Positions 1 through 14,306 of a DNA stretch of 64,000 nucleotides are shown here, in pieces. Each line of letters begins with the position of its first letter. Positions within the stretch are counted from its first letter, which is position 1. The notes under the pieces were generated by a model. That model saw only the letters and a list, made by a program, of their open reading frames with translations. It ran no database searches and was not told where the DNA came from. A program made the position numbers and the translations under genes. Source of the stretch: Phoronis australis (lineage: Eukaryota; Animalia; Phoronida); assembly GCA_002633005.1 (NCBI GenBank), contig NMRA01000088.1:492186-556185 (forward strand), in the 5' to 3' direction.

Positions 1-2113
1 GCACTTGGCATTGAGGTGTTACCGCCAAAATCCATAAAGAACAAAATAAATCGTTGCGCAATGACTGATCATTCGTGCGAGTCTGAACGTGGAAAACAGG
101 ATGGCGTCCAAGTATTGATCACACAGCGAACCTTTTGTGGCTAGGTTCTCTCAGACAACAACGTTCCTCGAAGTGATTTAGGACGCGTATTCAACAGTTT
201 GACAGCACGACCAACGATGATATACTTAACGATCTCTAACGAGAAATTAAATTGGAAATAACTGGGCTGAGAAATGCAGTAGGACGAGATAACATCAGAT
301 TTTCCAATGCGAACCATATCATGTTGTACGACTATTGCATAACAAAGTCGAGTGCACTAAATTGTGGTTTAATCAAACTCGCCGGTAAAATAAACTCCTG
401 CCAAAACACCGTCCTTTGTTGTGTAATAGCGACCCACACTTTTCGTAGTCAGCCGAGCGGTTGTATTCACCATCAGAAAGAGCATCATTCTTAACCAACT
501 ACCGCATTGTTCCCGTTTTCTTGTTGTGATAACGCGCCAGAGGTCAGGCGGTACAAAGAGCAGAAGATAAGTCACGTGATTGTTGTCTTGTCTCCGGCCG
601 CATCAGTATGCCGTCAGCAACCAGGCCGATGATGATTTTCACTGCGTGCGAGCAGGAACTGCAGTCACGATTTCACTTTACTTCTATTTTAGACGCATCC
701 AACTGTGTTTGTACTGCTGTGTTGCTAATTAGTGACCGCAGTTGTCCACCCCAATGGCTGCTGATCATTCCCAAAGCCACCGACCAATGTGAATAAACAA
801 ACACTAGAATGTGTATCGAAGCGTGACTGAGATCAAGAGCAAGCGAGCGCTATTAGCCAGACACGTACAAACTTGTCCCACGGCGAAATCAGAAGTCATT
901 TTAATTTGCACCATGTAAATACGTATTCCTTTGCGGCTTCAAATTATCAATGACAAAAGACATTCCCTTATTTTTTCCTAGTTTGTTTAACTACCTCACT
1001 CGTCTATTTTTGCGATGCCCTGCAGCCCCAGGCTCAGAAAAATGAAGGCTCACCGCAAGCTTTGTTGTGCAGTCCTCATTCACTATCCCGGGATAGCAGC
1101 ACACAAATGTGCGTTGTTCGAGTATGACGAACACACGTCAATACCAAACGTTTCAACATCAATTAATAATCCGTTTATTTCTTGTAATTGGAAAGTCACC
1201 GCCCGAGGCCAAAACTCGAGAACAGCCAATGGGCGCTTACTGACTTTGAAGAAAACAGATACATGCAGATACGACCCCCTCGGGGCATGCTTAACCGACT
1301 TCACAAAAACGGATCGGTTACGAATGGGCCGGCGTACCCCTGTCGTGGATTCCTTAGGCGTTAAATTACATTATGAAGATCTTTTCAACTCACGGACCTT
1401 CTCGTTCACTTCTTAGACGTCGTATTCCGCGATTTATGACTCGCAAAACAGGCATTAAAACGCTTTTCTGAGCCCTTGGACGTGAACTGCTAGATTGAAA
1501 AAATTGTTAAATATGTTAATTCTGCTAGATCTTGTCTTTTGACTAACTTCACCAATTGCCATGTTTGACGACGCCATGTTGGCTAACGAACAGAAATCGA
1601 ACGATACGAAAATGTTCATCAAATGTCTACGGATGGTTTTGTTTGTCCGCCACATATGGCGCATAGTACAGTGAAACAGGCCGTCTTGGTAATTCAAGTA
1701 ATTCGAACATGTTGCTGCTAACTCATTCAGTCGTGTAAGGATGGCCAGAGGCCATAGTTTTTGTTAAGTAGGCCATAGCACAAGAAAAAAAAGCTGACAT
1801 ACGCTTAGAATTATGTCTCGTTAACTTGACCAACAGCTGAGAGTTGACATGATTTAGGTTACTGGGCTTGTTATTTTTCTAGCTAGCGAATTCTTTGCCC
1901 GGAACCACCCTAGGATAAAACGGAAAAGGATTTTCGAAGAAAATGTATCTAAATTTACAATCAAAGCACATAACCTTGTTTACTACACCACTACGTTTTC
2001 CCTCTGGGAGGAAATCAATAGTGAAATCTCGTGCTCACGTGCTCCATACAGTCTGCGAGTGCTTAGGTGTAAATACAGTTTTCATTTATGACGAGTTGAC
2101 GATATCTGTATAG

Positions 2114-2308
<195 letters not shown>

Positions 2309-4247
2309 TAATCTTTTAGTTTTTTCAAGAATTTCTTTTATTGGTGCTTATTTATTATTGGAGCTGTGATTTATTGTAAAGGTAGGTAGCACATTTTCCA
2401 GGACGTCGAGTTTATTTCTTTAGTATCAAAACTAAATCTTTTTAGACGTCGTAGTCAACGTCGGACAACAAATCTTTACGGACTTCCAATAAATTACGCC
2501 TCCTAAAGAAAAGAGCTGACACTTCCTGTCCCATTAAGTTTCCGAAAGACACGTGAAAAGAATTAATTGGAGTCGTCTCGAAACAATCCAGCGGACAATG
2601 TATGTCAAGACCCATCTTGTCATTTCTTACGGAAGATCGAACACCATGAATGCGCTATTTATTTAGCGAAAGAATCAGCGCGTTCGTTCCTTCAACAACT
2701 GATCAGTTTTCCAAAAGAAATATTTGTTTTGTATTTGTCGATGACATAGAACTGAAAACTTCTCTTTGTAATGCAACTAGAAAGCTATTTCCTTCCTCAG
2801 TCAATCGATTTAAGAATTTCGTTCCAAGCATAAATCATTTCACAAGCTGGCGTGAATATACCAAAATTATTGAACGTTTTCCATCCCGATGGTGTCATAT
2901 TTACATCAGTTACCACTAGTTAATGTGCCTGTCTGATCTACCTAGACATTTGTTAAATATTTTCAACACATCCCTTGACACAGTATGTATAGGACTGTTG
3001 TATTGTACGTTACTTTCATGAGAGCCAATCTTGTTTTATATAACATCTCTATTACTTACTTTCGAGTACAAAATTAGAGTTAGTGAAATTCACCTAAAAC
3101 TGTTCTATAATCGTTGGCCCAGATTTCAGTTGCGCGTATGAATTTAAACAGTGTTTTGTTGAAACCCCACGCACTAAATTGACCTACACTGTAACATGAT
3201 TCGCTCGGGAAGCGGGGGGTTGTTATTTTTTACGGGATAGACGTCGTATCAGCTTACAGCCGTTCATAAATATTTTGATATGTCACTGCGAATTATGAAG
3301 ATACAACCTCGACGATGAACAGAACTTCTACACTCTTCTATTCAATATCGGTGCTAAATTGTTGTAAGAATGCCTTGTACTTCAACATTATAAAACATGA
3401 AACTAGAGTTAGGAACAAAACTACTCTTTTTCATCTAAGTAAGCCAGTCTCGAATCAGCACAGAATAGCATTTTGAATGATTAGAATAATACAGAACATA
3501 TTTGTCGTTTAAATGCATGCTCCAATCGCGAACTAATTCATTCGACAAAGTATCACGGAGTTCATCTCCCTTGCAACACACAATCGAAAGAATGTCGGTT
3601 TTGAATTGCACGGAAGCCTATGATTAGAAATTCTGTTGGACCAGGGTTTATTGTTAACCGCTTTGAATAAACTCGCTGCATGACTCTCAAAACCATGAAT
3701 CTGGGCAACCTTGGTGCGCGGTTAGATTCCGAGAGGCCCACTGCGTTGTTTTGTTGCGGCTGGGCCCTAATTAAGTGTCCATTACTTTAAACCGCACGGA
3801 ATTATCGTCTACAGCATATCATCTTCGCACCAGTGCGTAGGGCCTGAAATGATTGGGGAGAATTCCGATTCAGCTAAAAGAAAACCCGGCGGGACTCTGT
3901 GGTCTCTGTACAAGCTGTGTGAGTTGGCTCACAGTCAATGTCATGGGCTTACTAAATGGCGCCAAAATGAGTGCGCCTGCTCAGTGTTATCGACCATACC
4001 AATAAAATGTACGTTTTCATTCATCATATTCAGATGTTGATATATCAATTACAAATCATTTGACACTAGGAAACTGTGACAGATTTCATTGAACTTCTAT
4101 GTTGTTTGTTGATAAAGCGGGCGTTTCCTTTCATTGAGCTCAACTTCGATAACCGGTTTCAGTTTTGGTCGCTAGGTGACCCCGTTAACGAAGTAAGTGC
4201 TGCCCTCTTTAATTGAACATTAATAACATTTGGTGGTATGTTTTCAG

Positions 4248-4389
4248 GAGAATCTATAAGACTAGCAAGGGACTATGGTTATTTATGTGAAACAGAATTT
4301 CCCGCCAAAAACTGTGCGGAATTCATTGGCAGGCAACACTGCGATCCAACTGAACTTCCACAAAGGAAGAGCATGATTTTAGCTACCAA
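4248..4389 (+). CDS. TFAP2: AP-2 transcription factor, internal exon (helix-span)
   Basis: ttttcag acceptor; AA|gtaagt donor. The 142-bp exon is in phase with the previous one and encodes (G)[46 protein letters not shown](K), matching the AP-2 LARDFGYVCETEFP motif. Confidence 0.96.
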
Positions 4390-5030
4390 GTAAGTTCGAA
4401 ACATGTGAACGGTTGTTTATTATAAGTGCCAGAAATTATCATGGTAAAAAATTACCTATTTCACAAAATGTGTGGATTGTCATGGACCAAAAGGTTTCTG
4501 AGCATATGTGCGACCTCGTATTTAGAAAGTTTTTCCAAGGGTACGCGCCTCAGATTTATATGGTTGTGTGTCGATGAAGACCTGAAATTTCTTTCATGTC
4601 GTAGGGCTTTCTCCAACTCTCCGGCCCCTCAAGTTACTTCAATATAGTTCAGCCCATTGTCTACGTATCAAAATATGACCTTGTCCTTGGAGTCTTCTGG
4701 ATATGTTGGCCATGGTTACGCTTTTTGTTTTAAAATGTGGCGTGTGTTTTTTGCCTTGAAATGCATCTTGGCGTAAATGTTGTCACTCAATTGTGACCCT
4801 CGTGTTTAGCGGCACTTGACATCGTAAGTGAACTGGAAGACATCAAGTATTCTATGACTCAATCAAATAAAGAATATCTAGAGAAAGATTTTGCCATTGC
4901 TTCAAATATTTTTCCATGTGACCCTTTTGGATATTCTGTACATTTTATCACTTAGTTCATAGATTAGCTGTGAAACATTTATTGCCCTTGCCATCGTCCA
5001 ATGTGATTAATTGTTTCGCTTCTTTTTCAG

Positions 5031-5319
5031 ACAAATTCTTAACGAAATAATGGATCTGTTAAATAAAGACCGATCACCTCTTGGTAACACTAGGCCACAA
5101 GTCTTACTGGACCCAAGTATACAGCGACATCTAACGCATTTCAGTTTAATTACGCACGGATTTGGAACACCGGCTATAGTCGCATCGCTCTCGGCTGTTA
5201 TGAATTACTTAACGGAACTTCTAAAATATGTTGATAAGCACTATCCGAATTCACAAAGTTCGCAACTCTCAGGGCAAACCGAGTCTGGAAGAAATAAGGA
5301 CAACGACGACCGGAAGTAA
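5031..5319 (+). CDS. TFAP2: AP-2 transcription factor, terminal coding exon
   Basis: tctttttcag acceptor ends at 5030. Encodes [65 protein letters not shown]...DRK*. DRSPLG and [12 protein letters not shown] are canonical AP-2 C-terminal motifs. Confidence 0.97.
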
Positions 5320-6612
5320 CGGATCTGAAGCGTTGTCCTCGTGTTAGAAAGCGGAAGAAAATTATACTAAATGATGAAGCGAAGGCCGTGTTGAGACACT
5401 GCGATCATTACTATTTTGACAATATCATTGTCTGGTAATGAGTTTGTCGGAAATATCATTCCATTGAGCATTGCAGTTCAGACGTGTTACCAAAGAACCT
5501 TGTTACTTCAGTATTTATTGTGGTGCGCCGGGTTTGACAGTATCGCACGCCCACGCCATTTCGCGTTGGGAGGCACGTGATCACTAGAAATACTAGAAAT
5601 GTTCGAGCTCTCGCGAGAACGTGTTCTCAAAGAGACATTGAGTGATCTGATGTCACTATGTGGGAACAACTATCGTCGCTTTAGGCCTACACTTTCTACT
5701 TAGGTCCAATGACAGCAAAAATCAAGCGATGGTAAATACGACCCCCGCTCATTGGATGAGGTAAAGTAAGGTAGTGTCGGCTGTAAAAAAAAAAACAAAA
5801 TCTGTTAACAACAAGAAAGCATTTCAGTTGACTTAAGAGAGCCTTGCATAGCAGGCTGGTATCGTGGTTTCTGATGGCAAATTTACAGTAAAAGACGGGA
5901 AACAAGGCTGCCTTTTGCTTCGGTTAGTGAGCTGGCGAGATGTATTTTTCATTTTACCCAAAAGCTAGTCACTCGTGAGGTTACCGAGAGTTTACAAAAG
6001 TTGGACAGGTGTTCTCGTTTCATCACGTGGAACTTAAACGTTCGCACGAAGCTAGTAAGCAGGTTCGCTCATGGATCTTATGCGTTAACTGTCATGTAGG
6101 TTCGAATGAATTGAACATGCCGGGTTATCAGCATAGGTACATCGAAAGAAGAATCTGGAACTTTGATCTTGTTCCATTGTTAAACACCTGTTCTTTGTTA
6201 GCGGACATAAGTCACTTTAGAGACATTGCACTGAGGTGGAATTGTCAGCGCGTAGTGGTCCAGTCAAATAACATCTTCGAACCTAGTCAAAAGTAACGGA
6301 AAGTTGAGGTATGCAGATCGTAACTTATTGATCGATTTTACCGGTTTCGTACAATTTATAATAAATTAACTATGTAAATAATATAATTTGGTAATGTCAT
6401 TGGAGGTTTCTTTAGTTGCAGCATTTGTCGTATTTGCTCTTAAATTTGTACCAATACGATGGCAGTTTGTATCCGGAAGTAGTATTTTACCCGGCTTATT
6501 AGGTGCTATAGTGTCATGACAGTGCTTTGTTAGATGTTCGGTGTTCTTCCTTCGTGCCGGTCAAGCTTGTCAAGCTACACACTTCACAAAGTCAACACTT
6601 GTACTAACAGGG

Positions 6613-6777
6613 ACGATTGTCCATACATGTTGCAGTTCGATATTGTCCATACATGTTGCAGTGCGATATTGTCCATACATGTTGCAGTGCGATATTGTCC
6701 ATACATGTTGCAGTGCGATATTGTCTATACATGTTGCAGTGCGATATTGTCCATACATGTTGCAGTGCAAGATTGTC
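6613..6777. repeat. 26-bp minisatellite, about 6 copies
   Basis: Unit GATATTGTCCATACATGTTGCAGTGC, with period 26 (attg at 6616, 6642, 6668, 6694, 6720, 6746). Confidence 0.97.
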
Positions 6778-7613
6778 AACAGCAGTCAAGGAAATTTTCA
6801 TGTTGTTGTCTGGCAGCTGAAAGCCCGTATGTTGAGGTTGGAAGGCATAACTCGTCTCATGAATAGGAATACCATTACTAAATTTCATGGGGAGCGCACT
6901 TCCAGTTCCTGAAAACTAACTTCCATCATTCGAACACGTATAACCTAAGTGAACCCACTTAGCTCTAGTTGGAAAAATTCACAGCTCATTTTGAACGATT
7001 GAACTGTTATAGCTTAATTTCTGCAGAATTCTCAGTCATTAAAGGAAATTCAAAATGTAAGAAAACAGACTGGTTTGTTATGTAGAGCATAACATTGCCT
7101 GCAACTACACCTATGGGCCAAGGCTTCAACTGAGAAGCTGACAGTACCTAAAGTACACTAAAGTACATTCGTCATGCATAATTATACAAAACGGGTACTT
7201 CTTGAGATTCCGCTCGAGAAAGTCGATTGAGCAATTTGTTTCTCCATCGTGGAGTAAAAGGGTTGTTTTAAATGTGTACAATGTTTAAGATATAGTATCC
7301 AGGGTTGAAACGGCATCAAATGCCTCATTGTGTGGTGAGCGAGTCGCCATCTGTACATAGACAAACGAACTTAGCAAAGTCGTATACGCACTTGTGGAAG
7401 CTAGAGCCATCGGTTTATGTAAATACATGTAAATGTTACAATTATTGTTGTTGCTAAGGTTCATTTAAATAATCTACTGCCTTGCCACTTTCACGACTGT
7501 GTCGTATGTAGTACGGCAATCGCCTAGCCGGGTTTGAATAGCGTTTATCGACGTGTTGCATTTTCTGCTCAGTTTTGCAATGGATTGTAGCAGTTGCAGA
7601 CGTGCAAAAGTAT

Positions 7614-7775
7614 CAGTAGCGGATTTAGGGGGGGGGGGGGNCAAGGGGGCCGTAGCTCCCCTAAAATTCTCCCAAATTCCATTTGGCAGTTCGGGGTTGC
7701 GCATGTCTGACGGGCAAAATCCTGGCTAACACTCTACCCTGCCCCCCATAACTCAAAATCCTGGATCCGACCCTG
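7614..7775 (-). mobile_element. MITE family A (CAG...CTG termini, 5-bp TSD), about 160 bp
   Basis: Termini CAGTAGCGGAT...GGATCCGACCCTG are flanked by a perfect AGTAT direct repeat (7609-7613 and 7776-7780). Reverse complement of the 62215-62376 copy. Confidence 0.85.
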
Positions 7776-8782
7776 AGTATTGCTGGCGTACGTCATGCAG
7801 CGATCAAATCAGAACTCGTCTCGCGACGCATGACGCTCGCGAGTGAAGGTTGTGCGATCACGTGCTTAGCTTGCAATGCGTGACAGTATCTCTTGGAATA
7901 CTTGCGGGATCTCGCATTTCTCACGTAAAACTTGTTCTTAAGAATGAACGCAGCCCGAGACATTCAGTAAGGGGTAGTTTTTGTGAGTTTTGGGAGATCA
8001 TGCAAATGTTTGCGAGATATCGCCATGCATTACAAGGGGTGATCGCGTGATCACACTAGCTTTTACCGGCTAGTCTTTGTCGTTATTGAACGCGTCCATG
8101 TACAGTGGTTGAAGTTTAATGCCACTTAGGACTTGTTACGGGCAACTCGAATCTCATGATTATGTTTTACTAAATTTCCACTCTTAAGAATACTTTCGGT
8201 GTTTAACAGACTGTCACATACAAAAATGTTCAGTTAATGTTGATCTGGGGGCAATTTTATCAACATTGGTCATTTTCTGTTTCACACAATTTTCAGAGCA
8301 TAATTTAACCTTACTTCAGCACAATGTCTGTGAGAAAAAAAAACTACGTTGTTCAACGAATTTCAATTCAGTATTGTAGAGCTAACATAGAAAAACAAAG
8401 CTATTTTCAGTAACAATGAAGTGGGGAGGCAAAAATTCGACTTAAGTCGAAAATCATTTTCATGACTGAATCCCTTTACCAATATTTTGCTCAGAAATGT
8501 GTCGAACAACTCCACCCTAAACATGAAACCATGAATGGGTCGTGGTGTTGTGTACTAAACCATGCCTAACGTTCATAGCGCCAAATTATAGCTTCACAAT
8601 GTGTCTCAAAGAGCTAATACAAACAAGGTCGAAGTCTTTTAACATTCGTGGGTGTGTGGTTATACAACCTTTTATCATTTTGTACACGTATAGTAGGTGG
8701 TGTTGTAGATTTTATTTTGACATTTTATTTATCCGTGATGTAATTATGTCATATATGTAAGTCATCTTAGAACGGATATGAA

Positions 8783-8798
8783 AATAAAAGTGAATAAA
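8783..8798 (+). terminator. Candidate distal polyadenylation signals of the AP-2 gene (a proximal AATAAA lies near 6360)
   Basis: Two AATAAA hexamers (8783-8788, 8793-8798) follow a TGTA/T-rich stretch typical of 3' UTR ends. Confidence 0.4.
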
Positions 8799-11700
8799 AA
8801 CGACAAGTTGAAGTTTTTAATTTTACTTTTAAGATACTTCGAAATGTCCCATTCCATACGACGGAGGCTTTCATAAGACTTCGAGTATTTCACACTGCAG
8901 TCTTTACGAAAATACCCGAGATGCTCCGGATGGAACCATTCTTTCTTTATTTATACATCAATTAAGAGTTACGATAACATGATACAAATAAATTACCCAA
9001 AATGCAAATCTTTAGTTTTAGGTATATCAATAAAAGAAATGTACTACTGAAACATTTAGTTGTGACAGAACGAACAAATACAATTTGAATTAGTAAACAC
9101 ACACTCAAAAACACAAAAAGGCTATCAGATGAGGAGTTACGTAATCACAATTTAAATTGGACATTATGAATAAAGGGCATACAATACCAATTAGAAAAAA
9201 AGTTAAAGTCTAAATTGAGTCGATAGAATCGTATTGCAAAATTGAGACACCTTGATTATAAGGCAATGGATAAAAATCGTGGCGACATCTATGGTTGAGC
9301 CAAGGGCATCAAAAATATAGAAAATATTAAGATGATCAACTTGATTAACAGGATATTTGAGAAAAAATGATTTAAACTATTTAAAGAGCCACATTAGCAT
9401 ATATTGATTGAATCATGAAAAGTATACAGACATTTCTGAGAATAAGGAAATGACGCGCAGTTGAATAAGTGATGTTTATTTATTTCAAGCAATAATTGTG
9501 GTAACGGTAATTGGTGTGGATACACGGAGAGACTATAAAAATCTGACTTTGAGTCACTTTTAGATATGCTGTTACAGTAACGATCCACGGTGGAATGCGA
9601 TGATTGGGGAATAAATTAGAGAAATCATTGGGGGTTTCAACCTCAGGCCAAGGTTCAAAATTTTCGCGAAAGTGTGTTCCTTTGAAATTATTAAAAAGAA
9701 GTAAGTTGTAGTGATTATTGATATTGTGAAAAATGAGGTAAGTACAAATGATGTTCTGCTTTGTTCTTAAGTCTGACACGGACATCCAATTAAGCAGGTA
9801 AGACGTTAGCTTTAAAAGTACAGTCCATGGAGTCAGACACACACACTGCTGACTAATACTGTAATTACGGACTCAGTACATAAGACAGGCAACTCGGTAT
9901 TTTTCAATGCACAAAATCTGTAATCTTGCACACAAGCCGCGATCACAGCGACGCTACTATTCACTGGCGACGCCTGGTGTTATGCATCTTTTACTTCCGG
10001 CAAGCCACGGACTAAGATCACAGTACCAGTGGCATGATTTTGACCTTATCACTGGCCAGTGGGTCAATCAAGACCCTTGTTAGCACCTGAAAAAGGCATC
10101 AGACAGAAATGACACACTATGGTATTTATCAAAAATGAAGAAAATCGACCTTAATTCCTACATCCACCGTGAAAAAAATTCGAGGTGCCAAAAATGCGAT
10201 TTTGGCCATATATTTTGCCTTAAGTGAGAAATTCACGACTACCCCGGTGCAAGAAAAAAGACCATCAACCGAACGCTTTTTCACTTTAGATTTCAGAAAT
10301 TCAAGTTACAATATATCATCACCAACCAGATGTTTGACGATTTTCACTTGTCTGAAGAGTGCCCGGATTCGCGCCAAAAATTCAAGACTCAACAAGGATG
10401 TGCTCTCAAAATGGTGGCACTTCTGTATCCTAGTAGACTAGAGCACAGGTAAAATTTCTGCACTCCATTTACTCAAAACAATTTCAGAGATCTACTGAAA
10501 ACCATTTGTGGCAATCACACCCCATCTAATCCACAAGACTGCCGTTAAACCCGACCCATACCATTTTATTATTTTTTGGGGAGTTACATAGGCCTCTGCT
10601 TTGGCCTTAGACCCACGTCATCATTGTGCGTTGGAAAACAGTGCCACCTCTTCTGGGATTTTCATAAGCAAATATCAGGGTTGCGAATCCATGAGCTAGG
10701 ACTTATGCTGGAACCTATCTAGACACACGAGACTTAAGTAATCATCAAGGTTATGAATGATAGCTGCATAATGAAAATAAGACGAAATGAAAGCATGAAA
10801 ACATTATAAAAAAAATTCAGGGTCCTGATTCGCCATTACTTTTGATGGACTTGGAAGGAAAAAGTTAAAAAATACAGTTGTTGAACATTTTTGTAGAGTT
10901 CGATTTAGTGAAGCTGAATATGCTACGGATCATAACGGGTATTTTTAGTCTCAAATTTCCGCTCGGAGGTGTTTCGTATCTGCCCATGTGTCACACGATC
11001 GATTCATTTTGAAAGACATGGGAGTTATATGACTGAAGTCCACACAGGCGCAGATATGAAACGCCTCCCAGGGCATCCCGAACAAATCGTGTATTTCATA
11101 TCGCACACGGAAGTGTTTCAGACCTGCGCACGTACGGACTTCACAATCATAACAGCAAGTCATGAGACTCAAGATCTAGAACGCCGTCCAATGTACCGGA
11201 AAATCCCGCTGGAGCTAAAAACCTTCGAGGGTTCATTTCAGGCTACGAAAACACCGGAAGTGTTCTGTATGTTTTGAGCGTGAAATTGAGGTTACAAAAT
11301 ATCCGGCGAGGTGTTCCGGATGTGGAGACTGTCATGTGTCACGCCTGATTACCGACTAAAAACCATTCAGTGCTGGTACACAGTAGTAAATTGACATTCC
11401 TCGTAACGATCCAAAATTGCCACCAGCATTCGTGATCACAATTCTACTTTTTCAATTCATTGGGTGGCCCTTTTACGATTCAGAGCGTGATCGAAATTTT
11501 TGTCCCAGTCAAGTGACAATCCAGCCTCACACAAGTGAATTTCCGATTCACATTGTTTCCGAATGAAGACAATCTTCTATTAATAAATGAAGTTTACCAC
11601 ACAGAAGAGACATTTGTAAATAACCATTTCATGTTTATAAATCGTCAGTGTCTGGAGTACAAGAAAATGATGTCTTTTTTAGGTAAAACAACATAAGCAT

Positions 11701-14306
11701 GTCTGACTGAAATAATTTTAAATGATACATTGAATCACGCTATTCACGACCGATTAAATGTACTTATAAAGCATGTTGACATGGAACTTGCATGCTAATT
11801 ACTTCTCTCTGTGATTGCTTGGCCAAACTAGTTAGAAACACAACAAGTAGCGACGATGTGAATATATGAAGTAGGTCAAGAGTTGCCAGTGTTTTTAAGA
11901 ACGAGTTTTGTTAGATGATGTTCAAATAGGATTGTCGTTTAGTTCCTGCTATAGCATAGTTAGGATCATCTTTAAAGACCTGGTCGCACGCGGTGTTAAC
12001 CCTTATTACATGGCTAGAGGATGTTATAAGGATCCAAGAAGTACTTAGCCAATAACTAATACAAGCTCCGTACTCGAAAAAAGTTCAAATGAACGCGCCA
12101 CTCACGATTCGCACCCGAAGAACCACCGCCATTTTGAACTTGTCGCGAACCTGGAAGTACAATTCATTCAGGAACCCAGGCTAAGAAAACGCCCTCAGTG
12201 CGATTGGAGCAGTGCCGGTTATCAGCCTGCAAACGGGGATAAAATAATCGACAGAGCGCCTTAATTTTAATAAAATCAAAACACGGACTATTTTATCGAA
12301 TTTGCTGAAGAAATGTGGCGAATAAATTTTGACAGAAATCATTTTGCCGGACTCGGGACCGCAGCCTATCGGACCCGGTGCGGATCGAGACACGACACTG
12401 GCGAACGGTAAAGGCATGCGGTTGCAAGCTGTTTTGTCGAAGTAAAATGTTCAAATCATAAATGCCGCATTTATTCAAAGGTAGTTTCAGACAGTTGCAT
12501 AAAATTACGGGCTGGTTACTCATGTGTCGCACTGCCGCGGCAGCCCTAAGGTTAGCTACCCTCAGTGCCAGCTACCAGTATGAAGACTATCGTCAAAATA
12601 CAGCTGGTTAGTAGGCCTATACAGCTTTGTGCCAAGGCTACCCTTAGGCCTACATACCTGGTCCCTGGCCACAGCGCTCGCTCAAACGAGGTTTATTTAG
12701 AACTTGGGGTCTTTTGGGGAACTGTGCAAAGTAGTTGGCTTTCAACAGAGATTTGCCCAGACTTTGCATAGTGAGAGCACCAAGCCTAAAAAAATGGTGG
12801 GCTCGAATTTTTGGGATTATCTACCTTTTACTAAAAAATTCACTGGGTATCATGTTCAGAGCTATGAATTGCAGACACTAAATTTTGGCCGGGTACTTCC
12901 TGTCTTATAGTAGATTTTTGTTTCGTTTTCTACTTTTTTCGGAATTCGTGCTTCTCTGACTGAGGCAGACCTTTTTCCATTTCTCCAAATGGGGGGCTCG
13001 TTCGAGCACATAATTATGACAAGTCCAATACAAATTGTTATCATTTCTTATTCATTAGCCAAAATGATTCAACCTTTTAAGACAATAAGTAACTTAAAAT
13101 GCACAATACTTTACAACATTTAGCTTTACAAACACTGTCCAACAGCGCAAGTTTCCATGATATGAAGTGGAAGTTTCCTTACACCAGAATTTGACAAGCA
13201 TGATTTAAAAAATATGATGTTGCAAGGAACAAGAATTGAAAGCTTGAAGCTTAACAGTCGAACATAGCTTATTTCTCTAATTAAGATTCTTCACATTGTT
13301 GACTTGATAACCTGAATTAAGAAAGCAATAAGTTACAAAAAATGACTTGAAAGCAATTTAGTCTTAAAAAATGTGAATCATTTTGTGACACCTAATCAAG
13401 CCTTGAACAGCAATTGACAGTCAAACAAAAAAAATTCAAAATTATTTCAACTAATCTATTTTTTTCGCTTGGTGTAAGATCACCTGAATGGGAAATTCAC
13501 AGTAAAATAATTCGAATATATCTCATATTTTTTGCACAAAAACACGAAAATTGAACAAAGTTTTTTTTTGTAGCAACGTTGTCAAAATGTATCAACGTTA
13601 AATCTTCACAAATTACAAAGTAACAGGTTGAACATGCCTTCCAGTTCAGCTAAAGTCGCCGTGTTGTTGCCACCAGAAATGAGACTTAAGTCCAACGGGA
13701 ATTGTGAGGACATTTATCACTTAATAAGTAACAACTGCGACGCTGAAATTTGGTGAAAACTGTTGAATCGTGCAGAATAGTAAATAAAGATATGTCTCAC
13801 TAAATCTCACCCTAAATTGTTGGCGAAAACAATTTACACACAGTGTTACCAAAACGCGAAGAATACCAACGTGTAACAGTAAATATAAAAAAGAATATGA
13901 GCCCCAGACTAGTTAAGTCATTGGGGAAATAGTTTTAATGATTGAAAGGTTTGAACCGTATAAAGACAAAGGTTTTAGAATGTGGATCCGTCACACTTGC
14001 TATGGATAATTTATTGAGGCATTCATCCAAAATTATACATATTTATTTGGACATGTAGTGCCGTTTGATACAACTATTCAGAATGCAGTGACATTTACGA
14101 AAAATGCGATAAACTACTATCTATCCGATGTTCGCAGATAAAGGTTTTCTGTTAATGGTCCTGATATATACATGCATAGTATTCAAAGTTCTGCTTTCGT
14201 TTTAAATGCTCTGAAGCCCGTGGAAAGTTCGATTTCCACTCTTGTGAAATTTAGATGTGAATATTTCTTCAAGAAAATCACTGTCATTTCTCATTCGTAC
14301 TATTAG

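Noticed and set aside
6534-6912. Overlapping Cys-rich ORFs on both strands
   Set aside because: Artefacts of the stop-poor 26-bp minisatellite.
7627-7641. Poly-G/C runs containing n (also at 17113, 36611 and 42811) as G-quadruplex features
   Set aside because: They are homopolymers, mostly inside MITE-like repeats, with ambiguous base calls, so their length is unreliable.
11997-12555. piggyBac-like TTAACCCTT ... AAGGTTAG ends
   Set aside because: The inverted-repeat match is only about 5 bp and the right TTAA is imperfect.
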